DNA of 32,000 nt. Origin: an uncultured Alphaproteobacteria bacterium (GTDB lineage: Bacteria > Pseudomonadota > Alphaproteobacteria > Rs-D84 > CACZYB01). The stretch lies in assembly GCA_934246625.1 (NCBI GenBank), contig CAKQHZ010000001.1, positions 1-32,000 on the forward strand, in the 5' to 3' direction. Below are positions 9,546 to 15,762 of the stretch, piece by piece. The translations under genes were made by a program, and so were the position numbers. Numbering within the stretch: the stretch's first letter is position 1; each line of letters opens with the position of its first letter. The notes below the pieces were generated by a model, which saw nothing but the letters and a program-made list of their open reading frames with translations, was not told the DNA's origin and made no database searches.

Positions 9546-10064
9546 ATGCAAAAATATAAAACAAGTAAAAATATAATAAATACAATAAAACATTTTGAAG
9601 GAAACCTTGAATATCAAAGAGATATAAAAAAAAGTTATCAAAATGGAACTTTTTTTATACACGATGATGGATCTCAATATCCAACTATTGGATATGGACA
9701 TAAAATAAAATCAAATGAATTAGATAAATTTAAAAACGGAATTTCAGAATACGAAGCAGAAAATTTATTGAAAAATGATATAAATAATGTAGAAGATGAT
9801 TTAAATAGAATAATAAAGGTTCCTTTATCTCAAAATAAAATTGATGCTTTAGCTTCTTTTGTATTCAATGTTGGAGCTGGTGAAAATGTAACAAATTCAA
9901 ATACAATAAATATGATAAATAAAAATCTTGAATTTAATCCGATAACCGGTAAAACATTAGAAAGGGAATTTAAGGAATGGAATACTTCTAACGGTATAAT
10001 TAAATCAGCATTAAAAGACAGGAGAAATAAAGAATGGGACATTTATTCAAATGGAAATTATTAA
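9546..10064 (+). CDS. GH24 (T4/P22-type) lysozyme/muramidase, leaderless
   Basis: 172 aa with an AAGGAGAG RBS. Motifs are IKHFEG (catalytic Glu), HDDGSQYPTIGYGH (Asp/Thr) and LSQNKIDALASFVFNVGAG. No signal peptide or N-terminal hydrophobic segment. Confidence 0.8.
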   Translation: MQKYKTSKNIINTIKHFEGNLEYQRDIKKSYQNGTFFIHDDGSQYPTIGYGHKIKSNELDKFKNGISEYEAENLLKNDINNVEDDLNRIIKVPLSQNKIDALASFVFNVGAGENVTNSNTINMINKNLEFNPITGKTLEREFKEWNTSNGIIKSALKDRRNKEWDIYSNGNY

Positions 10065-10528
10065 CTTTTTTTTCTATATTTTCAATATTATCACTAAATG
10101 TATTTGCAAAACCTGCTTGTAATAATAATGATTGGTCAGAGTTAAAAAAAATAATGGATAATTTAACTTGTGAATTAGATACGGATAATCAATTACAAAA
10201 TTGTTTAAACAATACTTGTGGTGTTAATATGGCAATAAATGATTGTATTAACACTATGATAAGTAAATGTCAAAATATGATGAATAATATTTATAATCAA
10301 AAATTAAAAAAAGCAGAAACGATTATATACAATGATGAATTTAATAAAGATAAAGGGACCGAAAAAATTCGTTTAACAAATTCTCAATCATATTGGGAAA
10401 AGTATTTAGAATCTCACTGTAATGTAAATATGGATTTTAACGCAAGTAATACGGGTAATAATATATCCGAATGTAAATTAAATAAAATAAAAGGTCGGAT
10501 TAAAGAACTTCAAAATATTTATAAATAA
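10034..10528 (+). CDS. secreted DUF1311/LprI-like protein (putative lysozyme inhibitor)
   Basis: 164 aa. It starts 31 nt before the lysozyme stop and has its own AGGAGA RBS. Sec signal peptide is MGHLFKWKLLTFFSIFSILSLNVFA. It has eight Cys and the DUF1311-like pattern (CQNMMNNIYNQKL ... SQSYWEKYLESHC ... ECKLNKIKGRIKEL). Confidence 0.6.
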   Translation: MGHLFKWKLLTFFSIFSILSLNVFAKPACNNNDWSELKKIMDNLTCELDTDNQLQNCLNNTCGVNMAINDCINTMISKCQNMMNNIYNQKLKKAETIIYNDEFNKDKGTEKIRLTNSQSYWEKYLESHCNVNMDFNASNTGNNISECKLNKIKGRIKELQNIYK

Positions 10529-10556
10529 AAAAATCCCCTCAAAATGAAGGGATTTA
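10525..10556. terminator. bidirectional hairpin terminator between the lysozyme cassette and rpmG
   Basis: AAUCCCCUC / GAAGGGAUU stem with one mismatch. The minus-strand reading ends in a U7-8 run and is the stronger one; the plus-strand tail is weaker. Confidence 0.6.
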
Positions 10557-10576
10557 TAAAATTTGAAAACACAAAA

Positions 10577-10747
10577 TTAAATTTTATTTTCAACAAAAAC
10601 TTCGTGTTTACGTGTTTTTTTATCATACTTTCTGAAAGATAATTTTTCAGTTGTATTAGGAGATTTTGGATTTCTGTAAGTAGTATAGAAAGTGCCAGTT
10701 TCTGGATTTCTTAACTTAATTAACATTTTAACGCCTTTTTTAGCCAT
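10577..10747 (-). CDS. rpmG: 50S ribosomal protein L33 (not on the ORF track)
   Basis: My hand translation gives MAKKGVKMLIKLRNPETGTFYTTYRNPKSPNTTEKLSFRKYDKKTRKHEVFVENKI (56 aa). This matches the L33 pattern G-FYTT-KN...EKL-RKYD. AAGAGG RBS, 18 nt downstream of rpmB. Confidence 0.9.
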   Translation of the reverse strand: MAKKGVKMLIKLRNPETGTFYTTYRNPKSPNTTEKLSFRKYDKKTRKHEVFVENKI

Positions 10748-10765
10748 CTTTTTGCCTCTTTCTTA

Positions 10766-11062
10766 TTATTTTGCTGATTTTTTAGCAAGGCATTTTTGAA
10801 TTCTTGCCTTTAATTTTTTAGCTTCGTCTGTTAATTTTGAATTACCTGTGTTCAACAAATAAGCATCAATTCCGCCATTTGTTTCAACAGTTTTGATTCC
10901 ACGGCTTGAAACATTCATTGTAACTTTTGTTCCTAAAACTTCTGATAAGAAAGAAACAACTTGAAGGTTTGGTAAAAATCTTCTTTTAGTTTTAATTTCA
11001 GAATGAGAAACATTATGACCTGCCATAGGTTTTTTCTTTGTTATTTCGCATACTCTTGACAT
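10766..11062 (-). CDS. rpmB: 50S ribosomal protein L28
   Basis: 98 aa. MSRVCEITKKKPMAGHNVSHSEIKTKRRFLPNLQ is the typical L28 N-terminus, and the C-terminal extension is long as in alphaproteobacteria. Confidence 0.95.
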   Translation of the reverse strand: MSRVCEITKKKPMAGHNVSHSEIKTKRRFLPNLQVVSFLSEVLGTKVTMNVSSRGIKTVETNGGIDAYLLNTGNSKLTDEAKKLKARIQKCLAKKSAK

Positions 11063-11096
11063 TTTAAAATCCTTTAACTTTTAATTAGATTTTGAG

Positions 11097-11125
11097 ATAG
11101 TATCTTAAATTCTTTGGATTGTCAA
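11097..11125 (-). promoter_or_regulatory. candidate sigma70 promoter of rpmB-rpmG
   Basis: Minus strand reads TTGACA, 17 nt, TACTAT. Confidence 0.5.
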
Positions 11126-11185
11126 GTAAAATTTGCACCTTATATACTTATTACACCCTATTATTTAATATATCTAAAATAATTA

Positions 11186-11214
11186 TTGACAAAACAAAAA
11201 TATTTGTTTATACT
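11186..11214 (+). promoter_or_regulatory. candidate sigma70 promoter of the 123-aa orphan ORF
   Basis: TTGACA (11186-11191), 17 nt, TATACT (11209-11214), 32 nt upstream of the ATG. Confidence 0.5.
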
Positions 11215-11245
11215 TTAAAGTAAATAACAAAAAATAGGAAGATAA

Positions 11246-11617
11246 ATGAAAAAAGAAATTGACGATAAAACTATTAAAAACTCAATCGAATATGTCCTTA
11301 CTTGGGAAATTCAAATTTCTATGCTTGTATATTTTAATAATATAAAAGTAAAACCTGAACTTGCTTTTTCTAAAAATATTGAATTTACAAAACGATTGAT
11401 TACCGCATATCATAATTTCAAAGAAAAAAAATCAAAATTATCAAAAGAACAGTTAAGGTTAATTTATAATGACCTTTGCTTTAAAAGATATAAACTTCCA
11501 TTTATTTCAGATAAAATAGAAGAATCTGACTTTATTCAAGATTTTGATGATATTTATGAAAACTATTACACAAATTTTCAACAAAAAATTGTTAAAAGAA
11601 ATTTAAGAGGAAGATAA
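11246..11617 (+). CDS. hypothetical cytoplasmic protein (orphan)
   Basis: 123-aa ORF with an AGGAAG RBS and a near-consensus promoter. No signal peptide, TM segment or motif I recognise. Its 3' end overlaps the convergent hydrolase gene by 15 nt. Confidence 0.55.
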   Translation: MKKEIDDKTIKNSIEYVLTWEIQISMLVYFNNIKVKPELAFSKNIEFTKRLITAYHNFKEKKSKLSKEQLRLIYNDLCFKRYKLPFISDKIEESDFIQDFDDIYENYYTNFQQKIVKRNLRGR

Positions 11618-12241
11618 TCGCTTATTCAAATAATTTGCAATTGCAATAAACAAATCCTTTAACTTTTTATCATATTTGTGATTTGCATCTTTGATTGATA
11701 CATAATCAATTTTTGCAGATTTTTGTTTATTTACATTTGATACAAAGTTTTTAAGCCCATCTTCTTGGATAACGGTATCAGCACCCGCACCAATAACCAA
11801 TCCATCGCAAGGAGCAGGATTAAAAAATGAAAAATCATATTTTTTAATATATGGTGAAACAGAAATAAATCCTGTGATTTCAATTCTTCGCATTAACATT
11901 TGCATAGCAACCCAAGCACCAAAACCAACACCAGCAAGCCAAAATTCACTTGATTCTTCGTTTTGTTCCTGTATCCAATCAACAACGGTTGAAGCATCTG
12001 TTAACTCTGCCTCGCCATTTTCAAACACACCCTGTGTGCTTCCAACACCACGAAAATTAAAGCGGATTACATTAAATCCCTTTTGCACAAAGGAATAAAA
12101 CAATGTGTATGCAACTTGCTCATTCATACTGCCACCATTTTGTGGAGTATCGTGAAATACTACCGCAATAGGAGCTCCTGCTTTACTTTTATGATAAACA
12201 GCTTGAATTCGACCACCAGCACCAATTAAATTTATATCCAT
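11603..12241 (-). CDS. alpha/beta-fold hydrolase family protein (COG2945-like) lacking the nucleophile Ser
   Basis: 212 aa. RFNFRGVGSTQG and LAGVGFGAWVA align to the family motifs RFNFRGVG-S-G and GFSFGA. The Asp (GADTV) and His (ANHKY) positions are present. AAGGAAA RBS. Confidence 0.7.
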   Translation of the reverse strand: MDINLIGAGGRIQAVYHKSKAGAPIAVVFHDTPQNGGSMNEQVAYTLFYSFVQKGFNVIRFNFRGVGSTQGVFENGEAELTDASTVVDWIQEQNEESSEFWLAGVGFGAWVAMQMLMRRIEITGFISVSPYIKKYDFSFFNPAPCDGLVIGAGADTVIQEDGLKNFVSNVNKQKSAKIDYVSIKDANHKYDKKLKDLFIAIANYLNKRLSSS

Positions 12242-12388
12242 TTTAATTTTCCTTAAACTCTCTTTTCATATTTTGATATAATATACTAAAATATGATTAA
12301 AAAGCAACAAAAAGAAATATATTTTTTCTAGACATTTTAATATAAAATATGCTATTAAATATAGAAGAACTTGTAAATAGGAGAGAAA

Positions 12389-13342
12389 ATGAAAAAAAAT
12401 AGTTTTAAAATCAGCTCAATTTTTATGTGTTTATTCCTTATGATAGCAAGCAATTCTTATGCTTCATTTTGGGATTTGTGGGCAACTGAAGATGAAGAAG
12501 CAAATATGAAAATGCCTTCTTCTAAAGTTATTTCTTCTGATACAACAACAAGAAATGTTAAAAACAAATTAAAAAATGCTAAGGAAATTGAAAACTCTTT
12601 ATATAAAAGTCGAAATGCTACTTATGCATCTTCTGACAATGATGCATTTTTCAATATTGATGAAATAAATAATTCTAAACCTATTGTTATTTGCCGACAA
12701 AAAGGTTGCACAGAATTAAATGATAAAATGACTCAAAACTTTTTATTTAACTCTCTTGCAAATTTACTTTATATAAATGATAAAACAAAAGTTTATATGT
12801 GTGAAGCAAGCACAACTTCTCGTGCTTGTCTTACAAATGGTTTGAAATATGCTGTGAATATTGGTGGAACTGCTGGTGTAATTTATATACCATCACTTAC
12901 AATCACAGATGTTTCTTTTTCAAAAAATTTAAAACGAATCAACTTTATGTTGTCTTATGACTTATATGCAAATGGACTTAAAAGTTTTTGCACATCTGCA
13001 CACAATACTATTGAAATTTCTGCGAATAAACAAGCATTGATTCGTGATAATAACTATAAATGTCAATTAACTTCTGATTTACCATCTGTATCATACAATA
13101 TATACAATATTGATTATATTGATTTGGACTATGGTATTATTGGGGCTTATTACTCTACTGGTATGACAGGAGCAAGTAATGGTGGAAACAATGGTTATGT
13201 GTTGATGAAATTCCAATATACTGATGCAAACCTTAAAAAGCCACAAAATAACTGCTTGGCTGGAACTTGTGATACTGAAAGTTATAAAATTGCACCAGGA
13301 CAATATGAAGTTATTCCAATAGAAAGTTCAAAGGTAAAATAA
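12389..13342 (+). CDS. secreted protein of unknown function
   Basis: 317 aa with an AGGAGAG RBS and signal peptide MKKNSFKISSIFMCLFLMIASNSYA. The stop overlaps the response-regulator start (TAATG). Confidence 0.7.
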   Translation: MKKNSFKISSIFMCLFLMIASNSYASFWDLWATEDEEANMKMPSSKVISSDTTTRNVKNKLKNAKEIENSLYKSRNATYASSDNDAFFNIDEINNSKPIVICRQKGCTELNDKMTQNFLFNSLANLLYINDKTKVYMCEASTTSRACLTNGLKYAVNIGGTAGVIYIPSLTITDVSFSKNLKRINFMLSYDLYANGLKSFCTSAHNTIEISANKQALIRDNNYKCQLTSDLPSVSYNIYNIDYIDLDYGIIGAYYSTGMTGASNGGNNGYVLMKFQYTDANLKKPQNNCLAGTCDTESYKIAPGQYEVIPIESSKVK

Positions 13343-14031
13343 TGGTTCAAGAGATTTCTTATATTGCACATATTCTTGTAATTGATGATGATGACAGAAT
13401 AAGAGATCTTTTAAAGAAATTTCTTTCAAAAGAAAATTTTTTGGTATCCGTTGCATCTAATGCGATTGATGCCGAAAATTTAATAAAATCATTAAAATTT
13501 GATTTAATCGTTGTTGATAAAATGATGCCAGAAAAAAATGGTGTCGATTTTATAAAAACAATACGTCAAAATGATGATAATACTCCTGTTATTATGCTTA
13601 CCGCAATGTCCGATATTGATAGCAAAATCGAAGGACTTTCTATCGGTGCAGATGATTATATATCAAAGCCATTTGATGCAAAGGAATTATTGCTTCGAAT
13701 TATAAATATTTTAAAAAGGACTTCGGCAAAGCAAACAAGCAAAAATATCTTTTACTTTTCAAATTCCGAGTATAATATAGAAACAGGTATATTGAAAAAG
13801 GATAATCAAAATATAAAGTTGACTACATCTGAAAAAACTTTGCTGGATTATTTCCTTTCAAAACCATCTGAAATTATATCAAGGAATGATATTGCCCTAC
13901 TCCTTGACATAAAAGATGAACGTGGAGTTGATGTTGTAATTACTCGACTTCGCCGTAAAATAGAAACTGATATAAAAGCACCTGAGTGTATTTTAACAGT
14001 TCGAAACAAAGGGTATAAATTTATAGCATAA
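13342..14031 (+). CDS. OmpR-family response regulator
   Basis: 229 aa. The receiver domain has the VIDDDD acidic pocket, phospho-acceptor D in LIVVDKMMP, LTAM and KPF. The C-terminal winged-helix region contains VDVVITRLRRKIE and TVRNKGYKF. Confidence 0.9.
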   Translation: MVQEISYIAHILVIDDDDRIRDLLKKFLSKENFLVSVASNAIDAENLIKSLKFDLIVVDKMMPEKNGVDFIKTIRQNDDNTPVIMLTAMSDIDSKIEGLSIGADDYISKPFDAKELLLRIINILKRTSAKQTSKNIFYFSNSEYNIETGILKKDNQNIKLTTSEKTLLDYFLSKPSEIISRNDIALLLDIKDERGVDVVITRLRRKIETDIKAPECILTVRNKGYKFIA

Positions 14032-14041
14032 GGAGATAAAT

Positions 14042-15388
14042 ATGAATAACAGATTGAAAAAATTTTTTGAAATAAGAACATATTTTCCAAAGGGAATTAT
14101 GGCTAGAATCCTTATACTTATTATACTTCCTTTGGTATTATCACAGGTTTTAAGTGGATATATTTTTTATCAACGTCATTGGAAAAATATTTCAAACCAA
14201 TCTGCAATGATTTTTGCGGGTAATGTTTTGACTATTATGGATTTAAAGGCACAGGATAAAACTCCTGAAGAATTCCTTGAAACAAAAAATATGGCAAAAA
14301 AGAATTATTCTATTAACATTGATTTCCTTGATGGTGAAAAAATCACAAAAAAGAAAAATTCAAAGCGTTTGGAACAACTTTCACTTCGTTATATAAGAAA
14401 GTTTTTAAATCAAAATATTAAATATCCTTACTCTTTGTCTTCTGATGAAAATACTAATGTCTTAGAAGTTAAAATACAATATCCTAATGGCGTATTGGTG
14501 ATAAATTCATCTTTGAAATCTGTGTTTTCAAAAACTATTTATATATTCTTCCTTTGGGTGCTTGGAAGTATTATTATTTTCCTTGCTATTGCAATTCCAT
14601 TTGCGAAAAATCAAGTCGATTCAATTAAAAAGTTAACATCTGCTTTGAAAAAGGCTGGTCGTGGAGAAGAAATAAATGGTTTTATGCCATCTGGTCCTAT
14701 ACAAATAAGAGATGCGGGTAATGCCTTTTTAAAAACATATAACCGTATGCAAAGATATTTGAAATCAAGGACAAATATGCTTTCTGGAATTTCACATGAT
14801 TTAAAAACTCCGCTTACAAGAATGAAACTTGAATTGGAATTTTGTGATGACAAGGATTTGCAATTTGCTTTGTTAAATGATATTGAAGATATGGAAAAAA
14901 TGATTAACTCTTACCTTGATTATGCAAAGGGTAATATTGCTGAAAATTCTGAACGAACAAATATAACTGCCCTTATAAAAAATGTTGTAAGGAAACTTAA
15001 CAAGGGTAATTATGATATAAAAATAAATGCAAAGAAAAATTATTTTGCAACGGTTCGTCCATCTGCTATGGAAAGGGCAATTTCAAATATAATTACCAAT
15101 GCAATCAGATATTCAAAAAAGAAAATTGTAATTGATATAAAGCAAGCTGACGAATCACTTTCTGTGTTCATAGAGGATAACGGTAAAGGTATTCCAGAAG
15201 ACAAGCGTGAAGATATGCTTAAACCATTTACACGACTTGAAAATTCTCGAAACTCTGCTACTGGAGGGGTTGGACTTGGGCTTGCAATAGTTCAAGAAAT
15301 TATTCATCAACACGGTGGTGAAATATTCCTTCTTGATGGAAAAAAACTTGGTGGACTTTTGGTTCGACTTGATATTCCATTAAAATAA
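14042..15388 (+). CDS. EnvZ-like sensor histidine kinase
   Basis: 448 aa. Two TM segments flank a periplasmic loop of about 130 aa. It has the H-box SGISHDLKTPLTRM, N-box NIITNAIRYS, G1 EDNGKGI and G2 GGVGLGLAIV. AAGGAGA RBS. Confidence 0.9.
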   Translation: MNNRLKKFFEIRTYFPKGIMARILILIILPLVLSQVLSGYIFYQRHWKNISNQSAMIFAGNVLTIMDLKAQDKTPEEFLETKNMAKKNYSINIDFLDGEKITKKKNSKRLEQLSLRYIRKFLNQNIKYPYSLSSDENTNVLEVKIQYPNGVLVINSSLKSVFSKTIYIFFLWVLGSIIIFLAIAIPFAKNQVDSIKKLTSALKKAGRGEEINGFMPSGPIQIRDAGNAFLKTYNRMQRYLKSRTNMLSGISHDLKTPLTRMKLELEFCDDKDLQFALLNDIEDMEKMINSYLDYAKGNIAENSERTNITALIKNVVRKLNKGNYDIKINAKKNYFATVRPSAMERAISNIITNAIRYSKKKIVIDIKQADESLSVFIEDNGKGIPEDKREDMLKPFTRLENSRNSATGGVGLGLAIVQEIIHQHGGEIFLLDGKKLGGLLVRLDIPLK

Positions 15389-15410
15389 AAACTATAAAAA
15401 ACTTTTTAAA

Positions 15411-15441
15411 ATACCTTCCTTTTCTTGGGAGGTATTTTTTT
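15411..15441 (+). terminator. Rho-independent terminator of the two-component operon
   Basis: AUACCUUCC / GGGAGGUAU 9-bp stem (one G-U) with a 7-nt loop and a U7 run. Confidence 0.8.
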
Positions 15442-15442
15442 A

Positions 15443-15472
15443 TTGATATGTGTGTATAAAATACATTATAAT
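15443..15472 (+). promoter_or_regulatory. candidate promoter upstream of the structured element and glycosyltransferase
   Basis: TTGATA (15443-15448), 18 nt, TATAAT (15467-15472). Confidence 0.35.
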
Positions 15473-15523
15473 AATTTAATATTATGACTTTTTCTAATCA
15501 TAATAGAATAAGTTGTAGTTTAC

Positions 15524-15741
15524 ATATCAAAGATGGTATGGGGAACTTCAAAATTCCTTTAAGCAAGACGGAGTAATAGCTTCGTTATTATTACGAAAGT
15601 AATAACTATTGCCCAATCCTTTGTGGTTGGGTAGCTATAGTTATGCAACAGGAATATAGTCACTGTATTTCAAAAGCTATAGGAGTAATCTTGCTTACTT
15701 TTTGAACTGCCCAGCCATTATCTTTGATATATGGATTTTTT
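15524..15741 (+). ncRNA. candidate structured RNA (sRNA or cis-regulatory leader); a palindromic repeat element is the alternative
   Basis: Nested helices lie in a 374-bp gene-free gap. There is an 11-bp perfect inverted repeat (15524-15534 / 15720-15730), a 9-bp helix (15560-15568 / 15689-15697) and three internal hairpins, one with a GAAA tetraloop. A T6 run lies at 15736-15741. It matches no RNA family I recognise. Strand is assigned from the T run only. Confidence 0.4.
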
Positions 15742-15762
15742 AATAAAAAGCAGGAGAAATAA

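Noticed and set aside
9271-9701. Minus-strand ORFs 9271-9498 and 9465-9701 across the dnaK 3' end, terminator and lysozyme promoter.
   Set aside because: They overlap a terminator, a consensus promoter and two supported genes. Their peptides are low-complexity and Ile/Phe/Lys-rich.
9546-10528. Considered the lysozyme cassette as part of an intact prophage.
   Set aside because: No holin, spanin, terminase, capsid, tail or integrase ORFs, and no att-like repeats, are visible. It is flanked immediately by dnaK and the rpmB-rpmG operon. A two-gene remnant remains possible and is discussed in findings.
12392-12399. A8 homopolymer right after the start codon of the secreted-protein gene, considered as a possible slipped-strand phase-variation tract.
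   Set aside because: Runs of 7-8 A or T are common throughout this AT-rich window, in both coding and non-coding sequence. It is too short and non-specific to call.
15524-15741. Tested whether the structured element is tmRNA (including the two-piece alphaproteobacterial form), RNase P RNA, 6S RNA, SRP RNA, a retron msr/msd, or a B12 or other riboswitch.
   Set aside because: I found no tRNA-like acceptor/T-arm with CCA and no plausible tag ORF ending in hydrophobic Ala-rich residues. The RNase P P4 consensus (GAGGAAAGTCC) is absent, as are the SRP domain IV motif and the B12 box. The length and branched fold do not fit rod-like 6S RNA, and no reverse transcriptase lies nearby. It remains unclassified rather than assigned.
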